DNA of 64,000 bases. It comes from Trueperaceae bacterium. Its GTDB lineage: Bacteria; Deinococcota; Deinococci; Deinococcales; Trueperaceae. The notes under the pieces were generated by a model, which was given only the letters and a program-made list of their open reading frames with translations, was not told the origin of the DNA and did no database searches. This document shows, in pieces, positions 8,490 through 18,488 of the stretch (positions within the stretch are counted from its first letter, which is position 1; every line of letters begins with the position of its first letter). A program made the position numbers and the translations under genes. The stretch lies in assembly GCA_965213925.1 (NCBI GenBank), contig OZ243927.1, positions 2,464,001 through 2,528,000 on the forward strand, in the 5' to 3' direction.

Positions 8490-9335
8490 TTAGTAGCCGA
8501 AGCGCCCTAGCGTCCCCTCCACGCGCCGCACGTAACTCCCGCCGAAAAGCGTCACGTGGACGAGCAGCGGGTAGAGGTTGTAAAGATCGCAGCGCGTCTC
8601 AAATCCCTCGCGAATCCCCCTTAGCGCGTCGTAGCGCCTAAAGAACGTTTGCCCAAAGGTGTGGAAGAGGCTGATGTAGGCGAGTTCCATCTCACAGTCG
8701 GCGTAGTAGAGGGCGGGGTCTAAGATGCCGGTAATTTTATCCCCCTGCGCTAAGACGTTGCTGCTCCAAATGTCGCCGTGAATCAGGGAGGGGTGTGGGG
8801 GCTCATCTAGGAGGTCGCCCAGGTTTTGGGCTAATGCCTCGAGCCTATCCCCCAACCGCTCGGGCAAGTTACCGGACTGGAGCGCCAACCCCTTCATGTA
8901 GAGCAAGCGGTGCTCGCGGAAGAAGTCTACCCATGAGTCCGTCTGCGGATTAGGTTGCGACAGCGGACCGATGAGCGTGTCTCTCTCTAAACCGTACTGA
9001 CGGGCGCGCACCTCATGCAGTTCGGCAAAAAGTTCGGCGGCGTGGGCTTCGGCGCGTTGTAAGTTTTGCGGGCTGCCAGGGAGGTATTCCAACACTAAGA
9101 GCGTGTCCGAGCTGTGAATAACGTCGGGTACCGGAAGGGGACCGTGCTCTTTGAGGTAGGTGAGCATAAAGGACTCGAGCCGTAAATCCCCTTCATCATC
9201 TACTTTCGCCACGACCTGATCGTCAGAAAAATGCACACCGTATACCTCAGCGATGCAGCCGCCGCGCAACCGCTCGACCGACTGAAGCTCGGCACCTAAA
9301 ATCTCGCTGAGCTGCGCCCTCACCTCTTCTTTCAC
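8490..9335 (-). CDS. Fructosamine kinase family protein
   Basis: PSLIHGDIWSSN, ILDPALYYADCEMELA, LYNLYPLLVHVTLFGGSY. Confidence 0.9.
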   Translation of the reverse strand: MKEEVRAQLSEILGAELQSVERLRGGCIAEVYGVHFSDDQVVAKVDDEGDLRLESFMLTYLKEHGPLPVPDVIHSSDTLLVLEYLPGSPQNLQRAEAHAAELFAELHEVRARQYGLERDTLIGPLSQPNPQTDSWVDFFREHRLLYMKGLALQSGNLPERLGDRLEALAQNLGDLLDEPPHPSLIHGDIWSSNVLAQGDKITGILDPALYYADCEMELAYISLFHTFGQTFFRRYDALRGIREGFETRCDLYNLYPLLVHVTLFGGSYVRRVEGTLGRFGY

Positions 9336-9817
9336 CCCTCGACCTCTTCGCGGATACGCGCCAAAAGCCCCTCGGACGCCGCTTCGACCATGTCCAAGAC
9401 GCGCTCGAAACCCTTGTCGCCGCCGTAGTAGGGGTCGGGTACGTCCTCTTTTTCTACGCCAGACACGTAGGAGAGGAACTTCTGCGCTTTAGAGCACTGA
9501 GGCTGGACGATCTGATAATTCGCTTCGTCCATCACCAGAACGTAGTCGAACGTTTCGCAGTCGTCCCCGGAGAACTGGCGGGCGCGTTGCTTGGAGAGGT
9601 CGTAGCCGCGCCCCTTAGCCGCTTCTTGCGCCCTCTTATCCGGTGGATGACCGACGTGATAGCCGTGCGTGCCAGCGGAGTCGATATAGACGTGTTCGCT
9701 CAAGCCTTCGCGCGCTACAAAGGCGCGAAAGACGCCCTCAGCGGTGGGGGAGCGGCAGATGTTGCCCGTGCAGACGAAGAGGACGGATACTTTGGAAGGG
9801 TTGTGTGACTGAGCCAT
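9332..9817 (-). CDS. Low-molecular-weight protein-tyrosine phosphatase
   Basis: VCTGNICRSP P-loop, DSAGT, DVPDPYYG. Confidence 0.95.
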   Translation of the reverse strand: MAQSHNPSKVSVLFVCTGNICRSPTAEGVFRAFVAREGLSEHVYIDSAGTHGYHVGHPPDKRAQEAAKGRGYDLSKQRARQFSGDDCETFDYVLVMDEANYQIVQPQCSKAQKFLSYVSGVEKEDVPDPYYGGDKGFERVLDMVEAASEGLLARIREEVEG

Positions 9818-9871
9818 TTGAGAGTCAACGTATCACGTCGCGCGCCCGCTTGACCTGAGTCTAATGCCTCA

Positions 9872-12073
9872 TCACGCCTTGAGTCCCGGCTTCGTCCGGT
9901 AGATGCGCTTGACATCGGTGATCCTCGAGACGTTGTCCTTAATGAAGTTGATCTCGCCCTGGTCGCGCACGTCCACGCGGAAGTGGATGCGGGCGTTCGC
10001 GCTGCTCTGCACGTCGGCGGAGACCCTCGAGGCGGACTTGTTCATGTTCGCAATGACGTCCAAGATATCCATGAGCAAGCCGGGGCGGTCTACGCCGACG
10101 ATCTCGAAGTCCACGGGGTAGACCTCACCCGAGGGCGCGTCCCAGGTGACGTTGACTAAACGTTCGCCTTCGGTGCGCAGCAGATGCTTGATGTTCGGGC
10201 AGTTGCAGCGGTGCACCGACACGCCGCGTCCGCGCGTGATGTAGCCGACCACGTCGTCGCCGCGCACGGGGCTGCAGCACTGGGCGAGCTTGGCGGGCGC
10301 GTCTAAGCCGTCGATGTAGATGCCGCCCGTGCCGCGTTTGGGTTGGAGGGGCGGCGCTTTGGTGTCGGCGACCTTCTTGAGCGTTTCAGGCGCTAAAACT
10401 TCGATGATCTGCTTTGTGCTGACGCGCTTGGCGCTCAGGGCTAAGAGGAGTTCGTCGGCGGAGTCCGCTTTGAGAAGTTTTTTGGCCGCAGCCTCGAGCT
10501 TGCCCTTCATCATGTGTTGCCCCACCGCGAGGTGACGGCGGCGCAGGGCGCGCTCCAAGGTACGGCGGCTCGCGTCGAGGACATCTTGCCGCTCCTGCTG
10601 GCGCGAATACTGGCGAATCTTCTGCTTGGCGCTCCGCGTCACGGCGATATTCAGCCAGTCCGCCGAGGGACCGTACTGGGCGCTCCGGTTCGTCAAAATC
10701 TCGACTCTGTCGCCCGTTTTGAGGGTGTAATTCAGCGGTACGATCTCGCCGTTGACCCGCGCCCCGATGCAGCGGTGCCCGACTTGGGTGTGGACCTGAT
10801 AGGCGAAGTCGATGGGTGTGGAGCCTACGGGCAAGTTCATCACGTCGCCCGCTGGGGTAAAGACCAATACACGCTCGCTCAAGAAGTCGCTCTTGACGGT
10901 GTCGATAAACGCGCCCGCGCTCTCCTCGGAGCTGTCCACGTCTAGGAGTTGCTTCATCCACTCGAGGCGCTTCTCGACCTCTTGCACGTCGCTGAGCCCC
11001 TGCTTGTACGCCCAGTGCGCCGCCACGCCGTACTCGGCGACCTCGTGCATCCGCTGGGTGCGAATCTGCACCTCGATGGGCTGACCCTGCAAGCCGATGA
11101 CGGTGGTGTGAAGCGACTGGTAGCCGTTGTGTTTGGGCACCGCGACGTAGTCCTTAAAGCGCCCTGGTATGGGCGTCCAGATGGAGTGGATGATGCCCAG
11201 CGCGCGGTAACAGACTGCTTTCTCTTGATCTTCGATACTCATGCCAGAGCCGTTCTTAGGAATGATAATCGCGCGGATCGCCATGAGGTCGAAGATTTGG
11301 TCCAAGTTTTTGCCGTCGCGCTGCATCTTGCGGTAGACGCTGTATAGACCCTTGCTGCGCCCGGAAACCTCGAAAGCTAAGCCCTCTCCCGCTAAGCGCT
11401 CCTCTAAAAGCTCGATAGAACGCTCGATATAGGCTTCGCGTTCGACGCGGCGCATCCGCACTTGGCGCTGCAACGCGCTGTAGGTGTCGGGCTCGAGGTA
11501 CGAAAACGACAGCTCCTCCAGCTCGCTCTTGATGTGGTTGATGCCCAAGCGGTGCGCGAGTGGCGCGAAGATTTCCAGGGTTTCTCGCGCGATGCGCTTT
11601 TGCTTGTGGGGCGGCATGAACTGGAGCGTGCGCATGTTGTGGAGCCGGTCGGCGAGTTTCACTAAGATAATGCGCACGTCGCTGACCATCGCCAGGAGCA
11701 TCTGCCGTAGGTTCTCGGCTTGCTCCTCTTCGAAGCCCTTGTCCGAGGTGACTTTGAGCTTGCTGATCTTCGTCTCACCTTCGACAATGCGCCGCACGGA
11801 GGGTCCGAAGCGCGTCTCGATGTCCTCGAAGGTCACGTCGGTGTCTTCGACCGTGTCGTGCAATAAGCCTGCGATGAGCGCGTCCGCGTCTAAGTACATC
11901 TCCGCTAAGAGTTCGGTCACGGCGACCGGATGCGCGATGAAAGGGTCGCCGGACTTGCGCACCATGCCGTCGTGGGCACGCTCCGCCAACGTATAAGCGT
12001 CAGCGAGCTGCGCCTGCGCGTTTTGGTCCAGGTAGCTCGTTTTGGCTTGAAGGGGTCTGAAGAGGGCGTTCAT
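9872..12073 (-). CDS. rel: Bifunctional (p)ppGpp synthetase/hydrolase Rel (RelA/SpoT)
   Basis: HD hydrolase LLHDTVED, synthetase GRFKDY...NGYQSLHT, TGS, CC and ACT domains. Confidence 0.97.
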   Translation of the reverse strand: MNALFRPLQAKTSYLDQNAQAQLADAYTLAERAHDGMVRKSGDPFIAHPVAVTELLAEMYLDADALIAGLLHDTVEDTDVTFEDIETRFGPSVRRIVEGETKISKLKVTSDKGFEEEQAENLRQMLLAMVSDVRIILVKLADRLHNMRTLQFMPPHKQKRIARETLEIFAPLAHRLGINHIKSELEELSFSYLEPDTYSALQRQVRMRRVEREAYIERSIELLEERLAGEGLAFEVSGRSKGLYSVYRKMQRDGKNLDQIFDLMAIRAIIIPKNGSGMSIEDQEKAVCYRALGIIHSIWTPIPGRFKDYVAVPKHNGYQSLHTTVIGLQGQPIEVQIRTQRMHEVAEYGVAAHWAYKQGLSDVQEVEKRLEWMKQLLDVDSSEESAGAFIDTVKSDFLSERVLVFTPAGDVMNLPVGSTPIDFAYQVHTQVGHRCIGARVNGEIVPLNYTLKTGDRVEILTNRSAQYGPSADWLNIAVTRSAKQKIRQYSRQQERQDVLDASRRTLERALRRRHLAVGQHMMKGKLEAAAKKLLKADSADELLLALSAKRVSTKQIIEVLAPETLKKVADTKAPPLQPKRGTGGIYIDGLDAPAKLAQCCSPVRGDDVVGYITRGRGVSVHRCNCPNIKHLLRTEGERLVNVTWDAPSGEVYPVDFEIVGVDRPGLLMDILDVIANMNKSASRVSADVQSSANARIHFRVDVRDQGEINFIKDNVSRITDVKRIYRTKPGLKA

Positions 12074-12152
12074 GTACTCTATTTAATCTAGCACGGCAAC
12101 CCCACCTAAAGTGTAAAGCTTGCTAGAGGTGTTGCGGCGAAGTGAACGCGGC

Positions 12153-12320
12153 TCAAAGATCCGCGCTAAGCTCGACGTTTTCAAACAGCGCAGGTCCGCA
12201 ACGTTTGACCGTGCGCTCAGCGATTTCGGTGATTTCTAGCTCGTGGGAGACCGGCTCAGAAATGCGGACGAGTTCGCCGCGCTCTTCTACAGCAATGAAG
12301 CTTTGGAGATTTGAGTACGT
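12153..12320 (-). pseudogene. UbiD-family (menaquinone pathway-type) decarboxylase N-terminal relic
   Basis: Hand translation YSNLQSFIAVEERGELVRISEPVSHELEITEIAERTVKRCGPALFENV then stop; not in the ORF track. Confidence 0.75.
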
Positions 12321-12346
12321 GTCTCATGGTACTCGGGTGCTTTCTT

Positions 12347-12538
12347 TCACTTGCGGTGATGGGGTACAAATTGCGGTTTTTCTGCGCTTAGTTCAAACCT
12401 GCCCTCGCGGTCTTCGCTTAGGATGGTTTCGCTCGAGAGCGTATGTTTTCCTGTCGCAACACTTTCTTGCAGCTTCGCAAGTTCTTCAGCCCAGCGTTTC
12501 ATATCCAGCTTGCCGCCATCTTGTTCCGCCCTGGTCAC
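12347..12538 (-). CDS. Small hypothetical protein, antitoxin-like C-terminus (possible relic)
   Basis: Contains SSETILSEDREGR, resembling VapB-type antitoxin tails; weak. Confidence 0.3.
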   Translation of the reverse strand: MTRAEQDGGKLDMKRWAEELAKLQESVATGKHTLSSETILSEDREGRFELSAEKPQFVPHHRK

Positions 12539-12607
12539 GCTGCTATTCTAGCGTTTTCGCAGACATTCAACCCGAAACATACTTTCTTTCGAGGTACAAT
12601 AGTAACA

Positions 12608-13174
12608 GTGAAGCCCCGAAGCATAATTTCTCGCTGCTGTAATCTGCTGCTTTTCTTGTTCTTTACCTCTTTGCTCTCGAGTTGCAGCCCCTACCCCAGC
12701 GACGAACGAATGATAGCTGAGTTTTACAACAACGAAGCCGAGTTAAAAGCGCTATTTGAGCAGGTAAAGGTGTGGGAAACGCGAAGTTGGATAACACCAG
12801 CGAACGCCAAGAGATTGAGTAGTTACGTCCCGCCTCTCAGCGAGGCGCAAGCAGAAGAGATACAGACGCAAATGGCGGACTTAAGTGTTTACGCTATGAT
12901 TGCAGAACCGAAACTCGGGTATGAGCGCAACGCCTTTGGTCTTTATATGAAAACAGAACCGTATCACCGCGATGAAGCGGTATTTAATCCTTTTGGACAT
13001 GGCAAGGGCTACGCCTACCTCGAAAAGCCTCTACCGTCGGCTTCCTGCGTGTTCGACAAAAACTTAAACCGCATTGACGATTCAGCAGATGCAAGAAAAA
13101 AATGCTCGGGTCTTATCTACTGGCCCATCGAAGACAACTGGTATCTCTTCTTACAAGGTTCGGAGTCCTCTTAG
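12608..13174 (+). CDS. Hypothetical lipoprotein
   Basis: GTG 12608; hydrophobic stretch plus lipobox LSSC; C-terminal YWPIEDNWYLF; more AT-rich than neighbours. Confidence 0.65.
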   Translation: MKPRSIISRCCNLLLFLFFTSLLSSCSPYPSDERMIAEFYNNEAELKALFEQVKVWETRSWITPANAKRLSSYVPPLSEAQAEEIQTQMADLSVYAMIAEPKLGYERNAFGLYMKTEPYHRDEAVFNPFGHGKGYAYLEKPLPSASCVFDKNLNRIDDSADARKKCSGLIYWPIEDNWYLFLQGSESS

Positions 13175-13255
13175 AGTAGTTCCGTTTAAGTCGATGAGAT
13201 ACTCGGCTGAGAGGTCGGCAAGTGGATAAATGAGAATTCACGGTAGACTAACGCC

Positions 13256-13342
13256 GTGAACCCTCCTCTCATCCTCGCCAGCGCCTCCCCACGCTGCCGA
13301 GACCTCTTACAAACTTAGGCTTGACCTTCAACGTGGTGGGGC
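13256..13342 (+). pseudogene. Maf-family pyrophosphatase N-terminal relic
   Basis: GTG-NPPLILASASPRCRDLLQ, frameshift, NLGLTFNVV; matches the Maf LILASxSPRR motif. Confidence 0.7.
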
Positions 13343-13365
13343 TCAGCGTGGCGAATTTGCCCGAG

Positions 13366-13566
13366 CTAGTTGAAGAGGTGGGCGTAGAACTTATCTGATT
13401 GGCTATCCTCCATCGGCTTATTCAGCCAAGCCTCAGCCTCTTTTTGCATCGCTTCCGACGCCGCGTAGTCAGCGGCAAACTGTTCGTAACCAGAAATAAG
13501 GTCTTGCTTCTTGAGAGCCTCGTCATCTTTAACACTAAAGTTTTTCTTGTCGGGCATAACGTTCAT
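13366..13566 (-). CDS. Small hypothetical protein (antitoxin-like)
   Basis: 66 aa directly after the ABC permease; LISGYEQFAAD...EAEAWL pattern; weak. Confidence 0.4.
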   Translation of the reverse strand: MNVMPDKKNFSVKDDEALKKQDLISGYEQFAADYAASEAMQKEAEAWLNKPMEDSQSDKFYAHLFN

Positions 13567-13575
13567 CTTAACGGC

Positions 13576-14379
13576 TCAGCGCCCTTTAGGGTCTAAATAG
13601 TCCCTAAGTCCATCCCCCAACAGACTCCACCCCAAGACCGTCATCACAATCGCCAAGCCCGGCACGAGCACCGGATACGGGCTAAACGCGATAAACCCCT
13701 GCGCCTCGCGCAGCATGTTGCCCCAACTCGGCGTGCGCGGCGGCGTGCCGAGCCCTAAGAAGCTGAGCGCCGCTTCTGCCAAGACTGCGACAGCTAAGCT
13801 GAGACTCGCCTGCACGATGATGGGGGAGAGGGTACTCGGCAACACGTGGCGCAAGAGGACGCGGGGACCGCTCGCCCCTAGCGCCCGCCCCGCCTCCACA
13901 AAGTCCTGATTTTTCACCGACAGGACCGACGAGCGCATGAGCCGGGCAAAAAGAGGGGTGCTGGCGATGCCGATGGCGATCATCGCGGTGAGCGTGCCTT
14001 CGCCGTAGATCGCCGCGAGTAGGAGTGCCATGAGGATGGCGGGGAAGGCGTAAAAGACGTCCACGAGACGCATCAAGACCTCATCTAACCAGCCGCCGAA
14101 GTAGCCCGAAAGTGCGCCGATGGTGCAGCCGAGCGTGAGGGCGATGCCGACTGCGACGACGCCGACGAAGAGGGTTAATCTCGAGCCCACCAACACCCGG
14201 CTCAAGAGGTCGCGCCCGAAGTCGTCCGTGCCTAAGAGGTGTTCGGCGCTAGGCGGGGCGAAGCGAGCAGAAAAGTCCATCGCGTTGGGGTCGTGAGGGA
14301 GCCACACGAAGCTGAGGAGCGCCGCCGAAATGACGATGGTAACTAGGATGCTACCGAGGATGAGGTTAGCGTGGCGCAT
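13576..14379 (-). CDS. Peptide ABC transporter permease (DppC/OppC-like)
   Basis: HLLGTDDFGRDLLSR, EAGRALGAS, LSFLGLG, PSWG motifs. Confidence 0.95.
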   Translation of the reverse strand: MRHANLILGSILVTIVISAALLSFVWLPHDPNAMDFSARFAPPSAEHLLGTDDFGRDLLSRVLVGSRLTLFVGVVAVGIALTLGCTIGALSGYFGGWLDEVLMRLVDVFYAFPAILMALLLAAIYGEGTLTAMIAIGIASTPLFARLMRSSVLSVKNQDFVEAGRALGASGPRVLLRHVLPSTLSPIIVQASLSLAVAVLAEAALSFLGLGTPPRTPSWGNMLREAQGFIAFSPYPVLVPGLAIVMTVLGWSLLGDGLRDYLDPKGR

Positions 14380-14387
14380 CAAGTTAT

Positions 14388-14485
14388 AGAGAAAAGGACT
14401 GAGAGAAAAGAGAAAAGTAAAATCATAAACTGTTAGCTGTTGGAAGGCTTTTAGCTAAAAGCTAACGGCTAATCGCTAACAGCTT
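14388..14485. repeat. Intergenic heptamer repeats (GAGAAAA; TTAGCTG/GCTAACG) forming a hairpin
   Basis: gctaaaa-gctaacg-gctaatc-gctaaca tandem, with the inverted arm tgttagctgtt. Confidence 0.7.
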
Positions 14486-14524
14486 CTCACCTTGCTCTAG
14501 CATACCTCTTCACACCTAAGCAAG

Positions 14525-15469
14525 TCAGCTATACCTTATTCTCGGGTCGAGCAGCCCGTAACTCACATCAACCAAAAAGCTTAAAAAGACGATCGCGCTA
14601 GCGTAGAGGAGAATTTCGCCTTGGAGGAGGGGAAAATCCCTTGTGCTGATGGCGGTTAGGACGAGCTGTCCGAGCCCCGGTAGTGAAAAGACCTGTTCGA
14701 TGACGATAGCGCCGACTAAGAGCTGCGAGAGGCTGAGCCCGATCACGGTGATGAGGGTGACGAGGGCGTTACGTAGGGCGTGTTTGGTCAACACGCGGCG
14801 TGTGGGGAGACCTTTGGCTTTGGCGGTGCGAATGTAGTCTAGGGAGAGGGTCTCGAGCATCGCTGCTCTAGTCATCCTCGTGAGAACGGCGGCTTGCCCG
14901 AGCCCTAACGCGATGATAGGGAGTGTCAGACTTCTCAGGGTGCCGAGCAAGTTTCGTTCTGGCGGCACGTAACCGCCCGAAGGAAGCCAGCCTAATTCGA
15001 CACTAAAAAGTAAAATGAACATGAGCCCGAGCCAAAAGGAGGGAATCGCTGCGCCGAGTTGCGAGACGACGGAGATAAAGAGGTCGAGCCCCGTTCCGCG
15101 CCTCACTGCCGCCGTAATGCCGAGAGGTAGCGCGATGACGATGGCGAGTAAAATCGCGCCGAGGGCTAAGGGAATAGACACCTTTAGGCGGGCGATAAGA
15201 AGGGACGCGACGCTTTGGCGGTAGTTGAGCGATTCACCGAAGTCGCCGCGCAGAATGCCGGTGAACCAACCGAAAAAGCGTGTGACGGGAGGTTCATTCA
15301 GTCCGAGTTGGTCGCGCAGCGTCGCTAAAGATTGCGGGCTCGCGTTGATGCCTAAAATCACCTGTGCGGGGTCGCCCGGCACGAGGAGCAAGGCGGAAAA
15401 GACGAGGAGCGCCGCCAGAAAGATGCTGAGGAGCGCACCCAAAAAGCGGCGGAGAAGAAAGGCGAGCAT
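14525..15469 (-). CDS. Peptide ABC transporter permease (DppB/OppB-like)
   Basis: PGDPA, TAKAKGL...HALRNA, LDPRIRY. Confidence 0.95.
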   Translation of the reverse strand: MLAFLLRRFLGALLSIFLAALLVFSALLLVPGDPAQVILGINASPQSLATLRDQLGLNEPPVTRFFGWFTGILRGDFGESLNYRQSVASLLIARLKVSIPLALGAILLAIVIALPLGITAAVRRGTGLDLFISVVSQLGAAIPSFWLGLMFILLFSVELGWLPSGGYVPPERNLLGTLRSLTLPIIALGLGQAAVLTRMTRAAMLETLSLDYIRTAKAKGLPTRRVLTKHALRNALVTLITVIGLSLSQLLVGAIVIEQVFSLPGLGQLVLTAISTRDFPLLQGEILLYASAIVFLSFLVDVSYGLLDPRIRYS

Positions 15470-15523
15470 GTCAGTTAGGAGATCAAAAGAGAGCGGCGGG
15501 GAATAACCGAGTCAGTTGAATCG

Positions 15524-15710
15524 AAGAAGACAGAATGAGGAAGGGCGAACGAGGAAGTGCGTTCAGATTCCGGTAGTGGGTTCAAGTCGAATGCCGACGT
15601 GTACTTCTTGCGCCGTTTCCGTATAAACAAGGGGTTGCAACCCCTTGTTCCAACCTCTGCATCATTCCGAATAGAGCCGCTACTCAGATTCCTCTTACGT
15701 TCTGTCTTCT
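15524..15710. repeat. Long imperfect inverted repeat with a central perfect 24-bp palindrome
   Basis: AGAAGACAGAATG/CGTTCTGTCTTCT outer arms; AACAAGGGGTTGCAACCCCTTGTT at 15626-15649. Confidence 0.7.
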
Positions 15711-15736
15711 CCATCCCCCCAAACACCCAATCCCCC

Positions 15737-17236
15737 TCACTCAGCCTTATACACTTCCGTCATGTCAATCGACACAATCGGCTGGTCCGTCCAGAAGCCG
15801 TACAGATTTTGCCGCGTAGCGATGAGCGAATCTGGGTTGAAAATCCAGACCGAGGCGGCGTCGTCCGCGATGGTGCGGGCGACTTCCTGGTAAAGCGTGT
15901 TGCGCTCCTCTTCGCTGGTGGCGCTTTCAGCTTGTTGAACTAAGTCTTGCACCTCGGGGTTGTCGTAGCCGAAGTAGTAGTCGGGGTTCGCGTAGACGCC
16001 GATGTCGCGCGGCTCGGAGTGCCCGATGATGGTCATGTCGTAGTCGCGGTTGGAGAAGATGCGCTCCAACCAGGTCGTCCACTCCACGACGCTCAAATCC
16101 ACCTCGATGCCTGCTTCGCTAAGCTGCTGCGCAATGACCTCTCCGGCGCGGCGTTCGATGTTGTAGGGCTCGGGGAGTTCGAAGCTGACCTGCAGACCGT
16201 CGCCGTAACCCGCTTCCTCGAGGAGCCGCTGCGCCTCTTCGGGGTCGTAGGGGTACGGGTCCACGTCCACAAAATAAGGCTCGATGGGGCTCGCAAAGGT
16301 GCTGATGGCGGTGCCGAAACCGAAGTTCGCGCCCTCCACGATGACGCTCTTGTCAATGGCGTGAGAGATGGCTTGGCGTACGAGGGGGTCATCGAAAGGC
16401 TCCCGCGTGCCGTTGAGCGCGACGGTGATTTCCGTAGTGTTGCTCCCCGTCGAGAGTTTGAGGTCGGGGTTGTTCTCGGCTTGGATGGCGCTTTCGGGGG
16501 GCAGCGCGACGCCGATCATGTCGATGTCGCCGGCTTGCAAGGCAGCGAACCGGGCGTTGGCGTCGGTGATGATGCGAAACGCGACGGCGTCTAAATAGGG
16601 AATCTCAGGGAGGTAGTAGTCCTCAAACTTCTCCAAGCGGATTTGGCTTCCCGGAATCCATTCGACGAAGCGGAAGGGTCCGGTGCCGACGGGGTTGTTG
16701 CGCTGCGTCTCGGCTGTGCCAGCGGGGTAGATGATGGAATCGGCGCGTGCAAGGTTGAAAAGTAGCCCCGAAGTCGGCTCACTGAGCGTCAACGTGACTT
16801 GGTTGCCCTCGGCGCTTACCTCTTCGATGGCTTCGTAGTATTCGGGGTGCGGATGACCGGACTCGGGGTTCGTAAAGCGTTCGAACTGCGCCAACACGTC
16901 CTCCGCCGTCAAGTCGCTGCCGTCGTGAAATTTGACGCCTTCGCGCAGCGTAAATGTCCAGGTCAGACCGTCTTCTGAGACCTCATAGGATTCGGCTAGC
17001 GCCGGGACGATGTCGCCGCTCTGGTCCACGCGCACTAAGCCCTCGTAGACGTTGTGGTACATGACCCTCGAGATTTCCTGCGAGGGCGAGACCGTCGGGT
17101 CCCAGCCGGGCGGCTCAGCGGCGATGGAGACGACGGCTTCACCGCCGGGGGTGGGCGGGGGTGCGTCCTGTGGGTCGTCCTGCGCAAACGTGAAACCTAG
17201 CGAAAGGCAGAGGAGGAGCAACGTGAGTTTCTTCAT
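15737..17236 (-). CDS. ABC transporter substrate-binding protein, family 5
   Basis: Signal peptide; LREGVKFHDGS, PVGTGPF. Confidence 0.95.
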   Translation of the reverse strand: MKKLTLLLLCLSLGFTFAQDDPQDAPPPTPGGEAVVSIAAEPPGWDPTVSPSQEISRVMYHNVYEGLVRVDQSGDIVPALAESYEVSEDGLTWTFTLREGVKFHDGSDLTAEDVLAQFERFTNPESGHPHPEYYEAIEEVSAEGNQVTLTLSEPTSGLLFNLARADSIIYPAGTAETQRNNPVGTGPFRFVEWIPGSQIRLEKFEDYYLPEIPYLDAVAFRIITDANARFAALQAGDIDMIGVALPPESAIQAENNPDLKLSTGSNTTEITVALNGTREPFDDPLVRQAISHAIDKSVIVEGANFGFGTAISTFASPIEPYFVDVDPYPYDPEEAQRLLEEAGYGDGLQVSFELPEPYNIERRAGEVIAQQLSEAGIEVDLSVVEWTTWLERIFSNRDYDMTIIGHSEPRDIGVYANPDYYFGYDNPEVQDLVQQAESATSEEERNTLYQEVARTIADDAASVWIFNPDSLIATRQNLYGFWTDQPIVSIDMTEVYKAE

Positions 17237-17240
17237 AGGG

Positions 17241-18488
17241 TCATTCTACCGCGTTCTCAATCAGAAAGGTGACGGCGCTCGCCGCGTAGAGCTTCGCTGC
17301 CTTCATGATTTCTTCAACCTCGACAAACTCGTCGCGCTGATGCGGGATGGTGCGCCCTCCCGGTCCTACCGTGACGATGGGGACGCCCGCGAGGTGTAAG
17401 AAGGTACCGTCGGTTGCGCCGGGAACGCCGCCGTATTGGGGTGCGCTCTCCATAACGAGGGGATAGGCTCGCTCCAGCGCCTTAACGAGCGGGTCGTCTT
17501 CGGGCGTTTGGGTGGCGGGGCGCGATTCGAAGAGGTCCACGGTGATGCCTAGGCGTGAATCTCTCTGGCTGACCTCTTGTGCGATGTTGCGCAGTTTGTT
17601 CAAGAGGTCGTCGTGGTCTTGCCCCGGCAGCGTGCGGATATCGAGCGCTAAGGAGGCGCGTTCGGGCATGACGTTGAGTTGCGCCTCGCCGCTCGTAGGT
17701 GCGTTTAGAATCGTCGGGGTGAACCAGGGGAGACCCAAGTGGGGGTGCTCGCCCCAGCGGGACTGCTCGAGCCCCTCCAATTCCTCCACCTTCCCGATGA
17801 TTTCTGCTAACGCCGTAATCGGGTTGACGCCCGCGTAGGGCATCGCGCCGTGCGCCATGACGCCCGCCACCTCGATGGTGACGCGCATCGCACCTTTTTG
17901 AAAGAGGCATAATTCGTTCTCTTCGGGTTCACAGACGATGGCACCGTCCACCTCTTGCGCCCAACCCCGCGCGACGAAGTGCTTGATGCCCGCCATCATG
18001 CCCTCTTCGTCCACGACGAAGCTCAGGCGGATGCGCCCGGCTAAATCCGGGGCGGTCCGCCTCACCGCGTCCAGCGCGCAAATCGCTGCCGCGACACCCG
18101 CTTTCATGTCGGCTGCGCCGCGTCCGTAGAGGCGTCCCTCTACAAGTTGCGCACCGAAAGGGGGATAGGTCCACCCTTCAGGATTGCCTTCCGTCACCAC
18201 GTCGGTGTGCCCTTCGAACATCAGCGTTTTGTGTTTTTCTGGCTGGAAGTGAGTACCCTGCCAGTCGCAGATGAGGTTGGGGCGTCCGGGGATGACCTCT
18301 TCTAAAATAGGTCCTAGTTCCATCTCCCGCAGCACGTTGGCAAGGTAGAGCGCCACGCCCTGCTCGCTGCCGCCCGTATTCGGTTCGATGACGCTGCGGA
18401 TGCGCACGAGTTCTTGGGTGAGCGTGACGACACGTTTGAGGTCGACGGCGTCGGCGGCGCGTCGGGCTAAAGAGGTTGCGTCCACCAT
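17241..18488 (-). CDS. M20 family metallopeptidase/deacylase (ArgE/DapE-like)
   Basis: GHTDVV, GRGAADMKAG, VDEE, CEP, HQRDEFV. Confidence 0.92.
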   Translation of the reverse strand: MVDATSLARRAADAVDLKRVVTLTQELVRIRSVIEPNTGGSEQGVALYLANVLREMELGPILEEVIPGRPNLICDWQGTHFQPEKHKTLMFEGHTDVVTEGNPEGWTYPPFGAQLVEGRLYGRGAADMKAGVAAAICALDAVRRTAPDLAGRIRLSFVVDEEGMMAGIKHFVARGWAQEVDGAIVCEPEENELCLFQKGAMRVTIEVAGVMAHGAMPYAGVNPITALAEIIGKVEELEGLEQSRWGEHPHLGLPWFTPTILNAPTSGEAQLNVMPERASLALDIRTLPGQDHDDLLNKLRNIAQEVSQRDSRLGITVDLFESRPATQTPEDDPLVKALERAYPLVMESAPQYGGVPGATDGTFLHLAGVPIVTVGPGGRTIPHQRDEFVEVEEIMKAAKLYAASAVTFLIENAVE

